From assembly GCA_965637545.1 (NCBI GenBank), contig OZ281499.1, forward strand, positions 14,384,001 to 14,448,000: DNA of 64,000 nucleotides. Direction: 5' to 3'. The stretch comes from Phallusia mammillata. Its lineage: Eukaryota. Below the pieces are notes generated by a model. The model saw nothing but the letters and a program-made list of their open reading frames with translations, was not told the DNA's origin and searched no databases. The position numbers and the translations under genes were made by a program. Shown piece after piece: positions 48,151 through 61,989 of the stretch; within the stretch, counting starts at the first letter, position 1, and every line of letters starts with the position of its first letter.

Positions 48151-50422
48151 CAGTGGCGGCTCGTGCCTAAAATTTGTGGGGGTGCTGCTCAAAATTTTAG
48201 CCTTTATTGAACATATATAAGTTGGCAATATATAGAAAACCTACATTTATAGTTTTCTAGCCATTGTTTTGTGTAGAAAAACAAGTAATACAAATCTTAA
48301 TTAGCAACTCCATTGTGACGTAATTTTTGTTACGCAATAATGTACACGAGTGTAAATAGCAGACGGCATCATTTGTGTATTTTGTTTACTTGCACAGCGA
48401 CAGCTAAACTGTTTAGCCTAAACACAATAACATGCAGTAATAATGTGGAACAAAAACACACGTGACACAGAAGCGGTTGTAAATACGGTAAAACACAACA
48501 AGAATATAGAAAAAAAAGTAATGATTCGAAAAAGGTCGAAGTATTTCAGTTCGACAACATTTAAAAAATGGTCATATTTCATTTAAGTTACCTTATGATC
48601 ACAGTCAGCGTTTTCAACATATTATATGACCTTCACAGATTATAATTGTCACACAAAAAACTAGCCATACAGCTGTTTATTGGTATCATAACTGACAAAT
48701 TTAACAACCACTTTACATTTGTGTCAGAACTTGTTTATTTTAACATCTTTTTTTGAATTTTTGTGTACAGACTATTATTTGTCTTTCAGATTTTTAACTG
48801 CTATAATTGCTGCTTTATTTGCTGGCAAATAGCTTATAATTGCTTTTTTAAGTGCAAAACTCCTTGAAGCTTTAAAATTTACAACACTCTCACTTAAATT
48901 TAAACCATATTATTAAACCTTGTGCTTCCTTTTTACAACCAAAATGAATCATAAAGTTATAGTTTGGGCATGATAATTGATAGCTTCTTCCTTGATTCCA
49001 AATGACAACTGAGAAACTGTTTTTCTATTTAGTAGTACTAGCACTGCAGGTGCAAGTCTTTTGGAAATAATGGTGTTCCTAACAAAGGTTTGCATCCAAA
49101 CTGTTTTGCCTTTGAAAGACTCATGGAAACAGCAAAAAGGATTTTTCATCCTAGTAATTTCACTTGTCAAAACATCATCTAGATTATTTTCAAAGTAATC
49201 ATGAACTTCAGATCTACAGAAACATTTTCATTTCAGTAACTAGTATTTCTTTGTCAACAATAGGATGTGCTTGGTGGTCACTACTAGCTTGTCTGTAGAA
49301 TGTTCATTCTTAAGACACACTTCCTGTGAAGCAATTTAGCAGCTACTGTTTAGACAAACAGTACATGTCCATTATATCAATACTCATCTTTTTCATCATG
49401 TTCACGTAAGGGAGTTTCAAAGTTTCCACAGAACAAAATGCAGTCTATTATTTTGGACAAAATTTCACGATTTTTTACCACTTTTTTGTTGTGTTCAATA
49501 ATTGAAAGTCTATATACGCCTCACTAAGTTTTTCCTTAATATTTACAGTTCCCAAAAGTGAAAGTGAAACATCATTGCCCACATGCTTCTTTGACTTCTC
49601 ATGTTTTTCTGCTTTCTCACCTATTTTGGCTACATTTGTAAAACCATCTTTTGTCCAGCATTTTTTATCACCTCCAAACAGCAAAAATGGAAAACAGAAC
49701 AGTGCATTTTTAACTTCACAACCACGAAGCCATTTTTTCTTTTGATACCATTCAGAATTAAAACTGCGTATATATTTCTTGTTGTGGCTCATTCCTGGCT
49801 GACAAAGTTGAATATCAGGCGTTGGACGCCCTTTTTTCTTTATACTTACCTTTTCAGCACTTGATAACTGCGAAATCTTAAGTTGCTGAAGCTCACTTAC
49901 AGTCACCGAATTAGAATCTTGAAAAGCCATGATTAACCTTTCAATCAAAAACTGTAAAAATGATTAAAAAAGAATAACTGTCGTACTGTAGGCTACTCAT
50001 TGTCGAACCTGATGGTACACGTGATTTGCTTTGGCACACAATAAACGCGGAACAGACAACTACTTCCGGGTGCCCAGGTCACACGCTACGTGATTGGTGG
50101 AGCTGCGCGAGCCGCAGCACCCTGGCTCCTATTTCGCCCAGCATGTAGCTTTTCAAAGTGCGCATGCGCAGAACCGCAAAACGTCATGAAACGTCAGAAA
50201 ACTGGAGCTGCAGTTCCAGCATAGATATACATTAGTGTCCAAATTTTTTTTTTTTTCAATGAAAAAAAAGGTGATTAGGGCGGAAATTATGCTTATTATT
50301 TATTGATAAGGAATAAAAAATAAAAATAATGAAAGTTATTTGTAATATTATGGTAGGTTTATTAAGTAAAAATATCTAGGGGGTGCTGCAGCTCCGCAGC
50401 ACCCTAGCACGAGCCGCCCCTG
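48151..50422 (-). mobile_element. Defective hAT DNA transposon (Tip100/ZMYM1-like)
   Basis: TIRs CAGTGGCGGCTCGTGC / GCACGAGCCGCCCCTG; 8-bp TSD GCTTCAGA (48143-48150, 50423-50430). Confidence 0.9.
49380..49931 (-). pseudogene. Frameshifted N-terminus of a hAT transposase (TTF-type zinc finger region)
   Basis: RSFNSEWY..KWL..C...NALFCFPFLLFGG..W...GF, continuing after a frameshift as NREILSKIIDCILFCG...LREHDE. Confidence 0.75.
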
Positions 50423-50489
50423 GCTTCAGACGATTTTCTTATATTTCTGTATATACCTACAAATTCCCTACAAACTTTGTTGTATAGGG

Positions 50490-51400
50490 CAGGGGTCCGC
50501 AAATACTTTTTGGCGCGACCCTATAAAAAAATTGCTCTACATTCTCGCGACCTGTAAGTTTGTGGAATTTTGTTAGCATGTAGGCCTAAGTTTGTGGAAA
50601 ATACTAAGGAACTAAATATCAATATTAGGATGTTATATGCTACCGTATTTACTCGATTGTAAGCCACGGCTTATATTGTTTTTTACCTGCCGTTTGTGCG
50701 GCTGTATAATCAGCGCCTTGCATATTTATTTTATACCGGTATTGTTTCTACACTTTAACGTTTTAATTTTTGGGGGGTTCAAAACTTGCATGTACAGATT
50801 ATACGTCGATATACGTCCCGTTAATGAGTACAATTATTAACGTGACTAACAAACATGGGCAAAAAGTTGTACTACGTAGCGTGCGGCATACAATCGAGGG
50901 CGTCTTACATTATTTTTTTGACACCTCAACATCTGGCTTATAATCGAGGGCGACTTATAAACGAGGACGGCTTACAATAGAGCAAATACGGTAAACAAAC
51001 GTATATTAATTCTAACAAATGAGAACGGTGGTCTCTGTGTTGAGAACACAACAAATCAATTTGAGGTTTAATTTGAGAGACGGCAAGCCGAAGATCTTTC
51101 TCTACTTCTAGCCTTGATCTGTATTTGCTTTGAATATAAGGTATTGCAGCAAAACGCATGACTGCTTGCACAGGTGCGCTTAACTTATTGCATTGTTACA
51201 TAGGCTGTATGTAACAATTACATAGTCATATGTAACAATGCAATAATAATTAAAATGTTGAAAAAAGCCGAAGTTCATTAATACTGTAGATGCGATGCTT
51301 TCATGCTTATATTCATGGAAAATTTTGAAATATTTCGCGACCCAGACTGGAAGGTCTCGCGACCCTAATTTGGGTACATTTTTTTATTTGCGGACCCTTG
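50490..51400 (-). mobile_element. Non-autonomous hAT (Charlie/Buster-like)
   Basis: TIRs CAGGGGTCCGCAAATA / TATTTGCGGACCCTTG; TSD GTATAGGG; Buster-type C-terminal remnant KYRSRLEVEKDLRLAVSQIKPQIDLLCS (~51020-51135). Confidence 0.88.
50643..50991. mobile_element. Nested Tc1/mariner-pogo-type MITE
   Basis: TIRs CCGTATTTACTCGATTGTAAGCC / GGCTTACAATAGAGCAAATACGG; TA on both sides. Confidence 0.85.
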
Positions 51401-51408
51401 GTATAGGG

Positions 51409-51919
51409 CAGGGATGGCGAACCACTGACCCGCGGGTCACAATGTGACCCACCACGTGAATTTTAGTGACCCACTTGTGGTTTCAAACATTTATATCGAT
51501 TACTATTACTATAGGTAGGGTTACCAGGTTTCTAAGAGTAAAAAGCAACATAACAATTAACTTTAAGTCCTTTGCCAGATTGCCTATTGTCTCAAAATAC
51601 AGATTGTTGAGTCAATTGTGAGGCAACAGATGTGTTTATTTAAACGTACAACTTGAAACGATTTTGTTGACGCTGTTCGGTTCCACATATTCATGCGAAT
51701 CCTTGTTTTAACACATGAATTTTATAAAATCGAGTGATATGACTGCTGCGTGTATTAAGCTGAAAACTACCTAGGATTGCAAGGTTTGCAAAGAAGATGC
51801 AGCAACAAGCTTCTTAGCATTGACATTGACATGTAATGAAATATGTGACCCACTTTGTTTTCTTTCCGAATTTTGATGTCATGTTTGACCCATCCAACTA
51901 AAAAGGTTCGCCATCCCTG
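51409..51919. mobile_element. hAT MITE
   Basis: TIRs CAGGGATGGCGAACC / GGTTCGCCATCCCTG; TSD GTATAGGG (51401-51408, 51920-51927). Confidence 0.9.
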
Positions 51920-51960
51920 GTATAGGGCAATGCTTTGTCTAATACGAGTGGAAGTTAAGC

Positions 51961-53015
51961 TAGGGTTGCCATTCGTCAGGATTTTCCCTGACATGTCAGG
52001 GAATTTAGTGTTTAAATCTGCGTCAGGGAGAAATGTTAAAATGTACCTAAAAGTCCGGAATTCAAGAAAAAATATTTGTATATTTTATGAAATTAATGTA
52101 CCAACGGAGAAAGTTTCTAGCAGATAGCTGCAACCGCGTCTATACCATGAAACTAATGAGGTAAACTGGCGGCGCGCACGTTACTTATACAGTTTGATGT
52201 GTGTGCGCGCGTAACAATACCTGTTTGTTACTAGATGTTTAATGTGTGTGCGCGCGTAACAATACCTGTTTGTTACTAGATGTGCGTTAAATACACAAAT
52301 AAAAATCCGCGTCTCAAGAAAACACAGCATTCGATGCTACATGAGAACGTGGGAAATTTCCTTAACTGTGTACCTATTATGCAGGGAACTAACAACTAAA
52401 AGTCGAATGCGTGAGACATAACAACATTTTTACAGTGGCATTTTTCTTCAAATTTAAAAAGGTCCTTGTGACTCCCAATCGTTTAATTTTTTTGGTTAAA
52501 AAAAAAACTTAACTAAACAGAAGCCTGCGCAGAAAGTTAATTGACAAGGATCAGAGTATCGTATCTAACGTTTTCTCGTGTCGCCGTCCGTGTGACTTCC
52601 CAATATTCTAATTTATTCCGGAGTAGAAGTGTTTGGATCGCAAAAATGGTCAACGCAGCGGTTCTAGGACTGGGGTCCGCGGTCTTTTAGGGCATTTTGC
52701 GGGGACCTCGAAAAGGTGGAAGTAATTCTATATCCTTATTTGGCGTCAGTTTGTGCAACTGGATAAGTTGAAATCAAAGTTCAAGTGAGAATCGACCGTC
52801 TCCATTGTTAAACAATAGGCTTTATTGCATGACAACTAACAAAAATGCAATTGTTCGCGCACAATTGTAATGTTTTTTCACATTTGGACATCAACACATT
52901 TGGATTTCACATTTTCACATCAACACATTTGGACTTAAAGTTTGAGAAAAACTGGGTTCACGCAACCGAGATAAATCTTGTCAGGGATTGTGTTTCATAA
53001 AATATGGCAACCCTA
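51961..53015. mobile_element. hAT MITE
   Basis: TIRs TAGGGTTGCCAT / ATGGCAACCCTA; TSD AGTTAAGC (51953-51960, 53016-53023). Confidence 0.88.
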
Positions 53016-54341
53016 AGTTAAGCCGGCCCAAACGATTCGAGAGTGCCAAACCATTTTCTTGGTCTTGATTTAATTTGTTGAAGCCGAACTTTCTTTTAGT
53101 TGTATTCTTGAATAAATCCAACAGCAAATATCACTTTTACAAAATCTAGTAAGAACTACGATTTAAAGGCGAAAAACACACTATTTGTACCACGCAAAGT
53201 ATTCCATGCAGACTTTGGTACCACCCACTTTCCTGTTCTACCCACAATACAACGGTTACTTCATCACAAATTTTATTTTATTAAAGATACTTTGAAATGA
53301 GCCACAGTCTCAAATCATATTTGCCCTTTTCGGGTGCTAAAATCTGCTCGTAATAAAAACATAGACATTGATGGCGATGAGACAAATACATAACATACAG
53401 GTAGTGGTGAGATTAAATTTTTTTGAGCCAGTTCTGTTACAAAAAGTTCATTGACAGGTACCAGTAGGCTATTGCTATCCGGTTCGCTGATTTCATAAAA
53501 TTTCGTGAGACGGTTCTAAAGAACCGGTGAAAACCGGCTGAATGCGAACCCAACACTGCATACAGGGCAAAAATGTATAAAAGTAGACTTGGTACCAAAA
53601 CAAGGCATTTCGATAAAACCAAAACTATTTGTTATTTTTGTTTTAAGTATAGAATTTAACTGTTTTAAGTAAATCTCGCCGCCACATCTTCATCTGCCTA
53701 TTTGTCACATTGTTTTGTAGAAATAGCAAAACAGATATGACGAACGTTTGGTCGAAATTTCTAGTAAGCTAAAAATCATGAAAACAAGAGTGTTAGTAAA
53801 TGGGTGGCTTTTAATTTAACCAAACCTTGCCACTTTTTACATATATATTTATTGGCTCCCATATGCACTTTTTATACATAGATGCAAAGTAATTTTTTCG
53901 GTTAGAATATTAAACGTAGCCTAGGCTACTTTTTTCCAGTTTAACATAAAATGAAACTTGGAATTTACAAAAAAACGGCATACGATGACCTTTCCTAATA
54001 CATGCAGTTTACTTTGAAACAAAATTAACCGATTGGGCACCGGTTACATTCGTGGCTGTCGTTGTACAGATCAAACACATGACTTATGTGAGCGCACAAA
54101 AACCTCGTAATTTTGAGGTCGACGTCCTCGAGGTCAAGCTGTTAAGCGGCAACGAAGTGCCTAAATATTTACACAGTCCACGATAAAACAGTGCTTATTC
54201 CGCCTTCAGTCAAGACTAGACATTCAGTCATTATTGCAAGGCTAGGTTGATTGTCTGTACAGCGACAATCAGTTGTTCTTCGCCAAACAGAGGACTTTTT
54301 GTACACGGCAACTGCATATCGATCCAGTTGCCAAAGTAAAG

Positions 54342-55137
54342 ATGCTTGTTATTAAAGCCAGTTATGACCATGGAAGTTTTCATCAGCCACTGACGATTCC
54401 ATACATGCCGCAGCAAGGAAGGTTTTTTGCTCCAAGTCCACCAACGGAAGAAGTGTGGGCAAATTGTCTTATTCCTACTCAACAGGACAAGTTTCTTAGG
54501 AGCCAGAGGGATTTAGCTTTGTTGCAGCATGATTTAAACTTTCAGCCAAAATTGCGACCTGCTAGATCTACCCGCTATAGCCCATACGTACCAAGTCCAA
54601 TTATGTCAGATGATGCTCAACGCCGTAAACAGGAAAATCCTATACTGCAACGATTACTGAAATTGGACAAAGCTAAAACCGTTTATCAAACTCTCCCTTA
54701 CGACAAAGCTGGAGGCGGAAGCAATAGTTGTTTTCAAGATGGCGACGCTTTTTCACCTAAGACGGCACCGACGATGATATCGCCTTATGTAACGGCACTG
54801 CTGTGGCGGGTGATGTTCAACACTGGCACATTCATTCAAAATATTGTAAAGTTGCATGACATATCGCCAAAGAACCAACACGGCATGATCTACAACTCAT
54901 GGGCAAACCTGATGCTGATCAACATTGCCCAGCAAGTTTCGCATTCGAAAAATTACTCAGGATTTTCGAACCCAGAATTAAACATAGATAGTGTTATGAA
55001 GATTCTTAATTCCTCTATTTTGTGTGACTGTAAGGAAACAGCATTGGCAACCCGCAATTTCCTCAATCGTTGCGTCAAGTTACACATCACCGAAACGGAG
55101 TTCGAATGCCTGAGACAAGCTTTATTTTTCAACAGCG
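54342..55137 (+). CDS. NR0B: Nuclear receptor, NR0B (SHP/DAX1)-like, coding exon 1
   Basis: First ATG at 54342; PILQRLL (LxxLL); ligand-binding-domain signature FIQNIVKLHDISPKNQHGMIYNSWANLMLINIAQ and LHITETEFECLRQALFFNS; donor GTTAGT at 55138; no C4 zinc fingers. Confidence 0.75.
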
Positions 55138-55474
55138 GTTAGTAAATTTTTAGTCACGGTTTAATTGTTAACACGAAAATTACAAGGTCAAATCAGTTAC
55201 GAAAAATAGAACGAAAAATGTGTGGCTGTATTGGTTTAAAACACCACCTAGTCATAGTGGTACTCCATGCATAATTTTAAAATTGGGGACAACATGGCCT
55301 CCTGAGTCAGGTCACTACCTGTTCCTTACCTTCACCGTATTGGGTTTGTTTGTGTTTAATTAGCTTTTACTCCGTCTAAAATACGACGAAATAGAAAACG
55401 TCGATCATCATCGTGTTTTATTGGTCAGGTTTTTTGCAAATTTTTATGATACAAATGTGCTTTTTTGCGTTAAG

Positions 55475-55543
55475 ATGATTTAACTGTTCCCAAAGAAACG
55501 GAACCGGCACCAGGACAACAGCAGGCTACCGACTATTCCTTGG
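55475..55543 (+). CDS. NR0B: NR0B-like, predicted exon 2 (69 nt)
   Basis: Acceptor tttttgcgttaag and donor GTGAGT, phase 1-1; restores FNSD and plausible helix 8-10 spacing. Confidence 0.55.
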
Positions 55544-58273
55544 GTGAGTTGCACGTAATCATAAAAAAAAACGAGTATTTGTCCAGTTATAGCCTGAATG
55601 CAGTGTTCTAATGAACTGTGTTCAACCCCGTACGGAATTTGAACGCAGTTTTCGGCAACATGTTTTTTTCTGACTGGCGCACGTAATTGCAGTTAAACAT
55701 TAGCTAATCCTGGTGGAGAAAAGAAACACATAAAATCAACCAAGTCTTTGTTGACCTGGCGGGTTTATAGCACACATTGTTCAAGGACAACAAGGATCAT
55801 TCTTCTTGTCTGGTGGTTCTCAGAAAGGGCCAGTTTTCTTTTAGTGAGATTCGAATAAACGACAGTTGTTAATGCCCAGTTAACATTTCGTGATGATTCA
55901 TGTAAAAAAGTAAATCACTAACTTTCCAGGAGAAAAAAAGTAATAGCCTAAGTAGATTTGTGCCACAACACATTTTGTACAGAGTGAGCACAATTATTCT
56001 TGTTTCGTTTTTCTTTTTCCCTGGTAAAAATAATAGCCTGCTGGCAACAGAGTAATATTTATAGTCCTATGAGCAATAATTAGTGGTCGAAATAAGTCGA
56101 AAATAAAGTCAAAATACGCAACGTCGAAATACGCAACGGTTTTTATTGACCAACATCGATGATAGCAGAAATCTCTTTCCAAAATGTTTATCATAAAAAT
56201 GTCGCAACGTGTTTTTGCACGGTTTACAATTTGTTATTCATCCAACACAAAGTAACATAACATTTAACTGTCTTAATTTTACGTGCATTATTATTCCCTT
56301 ACAAACAGTTTGTGTAAACATGTCCATCATGATTGCTTCATGTAGTATGTGGTAAAGTCACCTCGCCTTTTCATTTTAATTTTCGAATCTTGCCAGTCCA
56401 TATGCTTTGTGGTTTCCTTGTTACTGTGTTAACTAGTTAAGTATTTTTTTGACCAAAATGCTATTTCTACGACAGTTCACAAGTAAGTTCATAGCATAAG
56501 CACAAGTCAAGTCCGATTTTGACTATATTGTTACTTCATTAAAATTGTAATTGTCCTAACGAGCCTACCTAACCGCCTAATGTGAGTCCCTGCCACATAA
56601 CGCTTGTAGTAAAGGTGCACTGTAAATCAAAAAGGTGGAGTTTACAAAACCCGAGGGGTGGTCCCAAATTTCCAAGCGGTGTTGGAGAATTCCACCCCCT
56701 GGGTTGTGGTGGAAAACTCCACGCATGATGTTTAACACCCGCTGGTGTGGTGATTCACACCAATACCTGATGTTTACCCACGGTCATTAGCCTACATATT
56801 TTCCTGCTTACACCCCTTACATAGTCTTTTCCACTCAGAAAAAACAACAACACAAACATAGGATTATAAATCAAACAACATCTATTGAGGCACAAAGAAA
56901 TAAATGAAACGAATAAAAAGGATTTTTTATGGTCTTCACACAAATCTAAAAGTGGTTGATAACCCTTTGTACAGACATTCCCCATTCACATGGCATTTTT
57001 AAAAGGAATGCCAAAAGTTGCAGTGTTTTTGTTAAATCCTTTGGAAAGCAAATATCAAAAATCCAGTAGGCACTAATCATAACACTGATTGCACTGCTTA
57101 GATCATCACACTTGCACAATACTTCTTTTTGGAACAACACTTTTGTATTATTGGTCATCTTTACAACAACTAGATAGGGTGTTGTTGTTGTATCATTCTG
57201 AAAAAGGGCATTGTCAACTTAACTATATCACTGCAATAGTTATAACTATATTACTGCAATAGTTTTGACCTTATCCATTACAACATAAAATTGAGATTTC
57301 TTCGGCATTACAATTTATGTACACTACACCCTTTTTTAATTTATGTACACATTTATGTACAAATTATACACAAAAAGTACTTAGGGGTATTTTAAAAATA
57401 TAATTGAATTGATGATATTACAAAAATACAAGAGTGTTTGCTGACATATACGGGAGTTAAAAATCTTTGACAAAAAACATTAAAGTACACTTACAAAATA
57501 ACAAAATTAAACGAAACATGTTTTTAACTTACTTCACTGTTAACGATATATGCAGACTGTTTTTCATTGAACAAAATAGGCAATTGCTCTATAACCCTTA
57601 CATTTCCTGTAAAACAGCAACAAGTTAAAAAAATTTAAACTTGTCAAAAAAGTTATATTAGTAAACAGTGCATTGTGACAGAAACATCATGCAAAATGTC
57701 TGTGGTGTTATGTGTCCTTATTTTGTATTGTGCATAGTTATGTCTAATAACTGCAATGTGGGTCAATATTGTTCTAACTTTTCTTTATAGCTACAACATG
57801 AAATGAAGGAAAAATTGTCTTGTAGAGCAAAAGTTAAACAGGAAAACATCCAAATAACTTACAACAGGCTAGTTTACCTTCGGCAGAGCATCCAGGTTAA
57901 TAAGATTTTAGTTTTTTGTTTAGCAAAGTTTCCAGACTGGCTATAATAGATTTGTCCATACTTTGAATAGCATTGACAATGCTAAACCCCAAAACCGTTT
58001 CTGCTTGTTCCAGTAAGAAGAAATGCTAACAAACTAAACATGACTAAATGCATAAAATTACTTACTACTGAAGAAAAATGTAGTGCTGGATATCGGTCAA
58101 TAATTTCAGCAATAGTTGATTGGCCACCATGTACTTCTTTTTTTCTTTGATCAAAAGTTTTTGCCATTCGGTCAAGTAGTATTTTCTCATCAACTGTATG
58201 TTTTTGCATTCTTTTAGCATTTCAGCTACATGGTTAGAGATGCTGTGTTCATCCTCAGACCCATGCTAAAAAG

Positions 58274-58783
58274 CAGTGTTTCATACCGGAACGGAACGAA
58301 ACCAAATAACGTTATTCGTTCTGAGCAAATTATTTATTTCGTTATTTCGTTCTGGACCGATATTTTCATTTCGTTCCGGTCTGACCGAAATAAAATTATA
58401 ACGGTATTTATCGGTATTTCGGTCTTAAAAAAGAACATTTCTTTGTGGTCTTTACAACTATTAAGCGAAAAAAGAAAGAAACTTGCAACACACAAAAATT
58501 ATTGTCGGTAGTTGTTACGTCACATAACATTTGTCAATAATGGTCAAACGGATGTTAATTGTAGGAGCCTCAATTTTTATTATATCTTAACGGCGCGAAA
58601 TTTTCAGCAATTGTTTCATGTCAAATGTCCAGAACGAAATACCGGAATAAAATATAACGGTATTTCGTTCCGTTCCGGTATTTTGAATATTTTTTATTTC
58701 GGTATTTCGTTCCGGTATTTGAGCCAAAAAATATTTATTTCGTTCCGGTATAACGTTCCGTTCCGTTCCGGTATGAAACACTG
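58274..58783. mobile_element. hAT MITE nested in the EnSpm element
   Basis: TIR CAGTGTTTCATACCGGAACGGAACG; TSD CTAAAAAG; internal CGTTCCGG repeats. Confidence 0.92.
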
Positions 58784-59483
58784 CTAAAAAGAATAACTTA
58801 CAGATTTTTCTGACTGCAAATCAAATGAAAGTTAATACAAACCAGGACTATAATATCAAAAAAGTTTACAAATAAATCTGAAAAAAATACCTGGGATGAT
58901 GTTGCATGGATTTCTGCGGAAAATTTGTGTCCATACTTTCGTTTCATTGCCATTAGGATTGTCGGTCATATTTTGTCGTTTATCCTGAAATTTTTGCCTT
59001 AAACTTTCAACCCAAGTTCCCTAAAAACATGCAAATGTGTTTAACTGGTAATTATAATTCCACTTCCCTAGTTACTTACTATAGGAGTGCTTGCATGCTT
59101 GTCAACCAAACTGGGGTATTTTTTTATCAGTTGAAGACAAACTGTTCTGCATTCTAGAGGCGAAGGATATCTAAAAGCAACACAGAAGGTCACCACAATA
59201 GGCTAATTACAACAACACAAGATTCACAGAACCTACATGGTGTGACACGCCATAGAATTAAATAAAGCCTGAATTATCCTTCTTCGAGCACTTGTGTTGC
59301 AACCATTTTTAATTGCCTCATTAACAAAGACAGGAAAAGCTGGTATCTTATATTCAGCTAGCCAATTAGAATGACCACTCAAATCTGACATCAACTCCGT
59401 ATCCCCCAGTGTTGTATGCAAACTTGCTTCTTCTGAAACTGTAACATAAGGTTTTTGCATTTTTATTTCTAAATTATATATGT

Positions 59484-60542
59484 TAGTGATGGGACGATAC
59501 CAGGTTTTGAAGCGAGTACCGATACCGAGTACGAGTACCACATGTATATACCTTCGATACCGAGTACGATTACCGAGTACTTAAGTGTAGTGTTGTGCTT
59601 ATGTATATCACTGTCAAATTTATCTGCCATGGTCGGGGTCATAGGTGTAGACTATAGAGTTTTAAAAAATACCGGGGATGCGACTTTTGATCACCGACGC
59701 CGATACCTATATCATGTGCAGTATCTGTACGCGTATGGGACCAAACACCGATACCTTCGGGATTTAGCCTATCCCTATATAGTTTCTATCACATTGTTTG
59801 CAAATAGTCACTTGGCACAATTTCTTCGTGTGGTTTGGACGTTTGCTGTGCGTCTCATAACGTCTGATGTAAAGAAAGGACGATTTGCGGAATCAGCAAC
59901 TTTAACGACGATTTAGTTCTCAAATAATGTGTTACGGCGGGCGATTCACGTTTTAAATATAGCCAACCATGTATTGTATACGCCTAAACTGAGGTCTATT
60001 CGGATCAAGTTTAGACCGTTGCAGTGCTTTGCAAACGGACATTACACTCGGCTTTTATAGTTATTTATTTTGCAAACGTTAGTCTATATGTCATGTTTGT
60101 GTTGCATTAAAATGTCCGCTTATTGCGAAACACCGACGTCTGTTCGATCAATGGCATGAGTTCAAGCGCATTTGTTTAGCTGGAAACACGTTCTAAAACC
60201 GACGTAACTTGAACAAAGATGCGATTTTGGTGTTATACAAAGGTCAAGGGCGGGGGGTGCCGCGCACTCTACGCCAGTGGTCGAGGTACAGGCGTGCACG
60301 CACACATGCTAAAAAAATATACGTAAACTGGCGGAACTTTTTTCCAATTTTGTGCTGTCCGAAGCAAATATTGGCAAAAAGTTGCCCGTATCTTACGGTG
60401 TAAATCGGCCATCGGTATTCGCTCGTTGGTATCGAAAACTGAGACAAAATATTTCGATACCGAGTACGAGTATCGATACCACTGAAATCGTTCGATACCA
60501 TCGATACCGAGTACCGAGCACCGGGTACTCGTCCCATCACTA
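59484..60542. mobile_element. hAT MITE nested in an EnSpm exon
   Basis: TIR TAGTGATGGGACGA; TSD ATATATGT; subterminal CGATACC/CGAGTAC repeats. Confidence 0.92.
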
Positions 60543-61380
60543 ATATATGTTTGTGTATACCTGTGCTATTATGCAAAGTTTCAGTATAGGAATCATTACA
60601 TAATGGCTCAGTGTCTGAATCTGAAGATGTAGTTTCGGCAACATTTTGACACACACAGGTTTAATCCACATAATAAACAACAAATTAGTTAAACATCATT
60701 GGTCAACTCATTAAAAAAGTTACATACCTTTGCATTGGACAAGTAACTTTCCTTTGTCAGGAAGTTCATCTACATTGTCAACATCCACCCAATGTTTATA
60801 GTCCCTGACGTAAAGTTGTAGTTGGATAATGTCCTTTATATTGAAAGCACCTCGAATTTTGCAATTAACTTCATGTTTGTTGCAGATAATTATCTTGTTG
60901 TTGGTTTTATACGTAACATGAAATGAGCAATTCATTTTTGTGCTACATAAGGCTTCTAATAAAAAGCATAGTAATTTACACTCTGTTGAGCAGACGTACA
61001 TATTGTTTGCAATTCACTGTGTATACATCAAGTGGGCTGTGGGACAATTCATCACTAGGCTTGAAAAATAGTACTTCCTCAGTTACACATACATTGTAAC
61101 AGTGAAAATGAGTAACAACACAAATAGGTTTTAACCAATAAGCACACAAAATTACCAATTCTTTACACACAATTATACAGAATTTGTTTGCAAAAAGTGG
61201 TATGTTATCTGCCATGTCCAAAATAAAAACATTACTTTGAGCATACATCACTCCATCTACTACAACACTTTTAACTGTCATTACGGCAGTATCCTCATGT
61301 ACATTATACACTTGTTGCATACAACTGCTGACATCTTTTTGTAAATGTTTTACCCTGACAAAAAAAAAACGCTTAGGCTG

Positions 61381-61989
61381 CAGGGTTGCCAGGTAGTGAC
61401 GATTGGATTCGGACAATATTTGTCTGAAAATCGGACATTTTAGGACAAAAAAAACTAGAGCGTATAATTGCAAACAAGGTATCAATATCGAGGTGCCAAC
61501 AGCCATTTTTGTGCGCTTACGTTCCCTACACTCACAAGCGCGAGTTTTAGAAAAATGCAAAGGGGTTGACGTAAAACATGACAAACTTCCCATGTTTGAC
61601 AAAAAAACGACATGTTTAAAATAATCATTGGTTTTAGCAACGTTAAAAAATGTTTCGTCAAGTTGCTGCTTCATATCACCAGAGATAACCGTTTATTACA
61701 ACACATTTGCATTGTACACAACAATGGCCAGACATTCACTGGTAGGCAATTATGTGTTTAACGTCATAAACAAGGCACTCACCAAAACAAGTTGCAGTTT
61801 TAAGCCACGTTTTGTCGTTAAAAAGGTTTGCAACCTTCAAAAAATAGGATTTTCGGACATATAGCAAAAGTCGGACATATTAGGACAAAAAACTAAATGT
61901 CCTAATGATTTTTAGTCGTCGGACACAGCATGTGAAATTAGGCCAATTTATCGTTTTTTGTCCGAATTTTAGGCCACCTGGCAACCCTG
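61381..61989. mobile_element. hAT MITE nested in the EnSpm element
   Basis: TIRs CAGGGTTGCCAGGT / ACCTGGCAACCCTG; TSD TTAGGCTG vs TTAGGCTC (7/8); internal TCGGACA repeats. Confidence 0.85.

Noticed and set aside
53429-53558. Possible MITE end (AACCGG repeats, ...CCAACACTG)
   Set aside because: No convincing partner TIR or TSD.
58274-60542. Short repeated motifs resembling a CRISPR-like array
   Set aside because: They are subterminal repeats of TIR/TSD-bounded hAT MITEs in a eukaryote, with no regular spacers and no cas genes.
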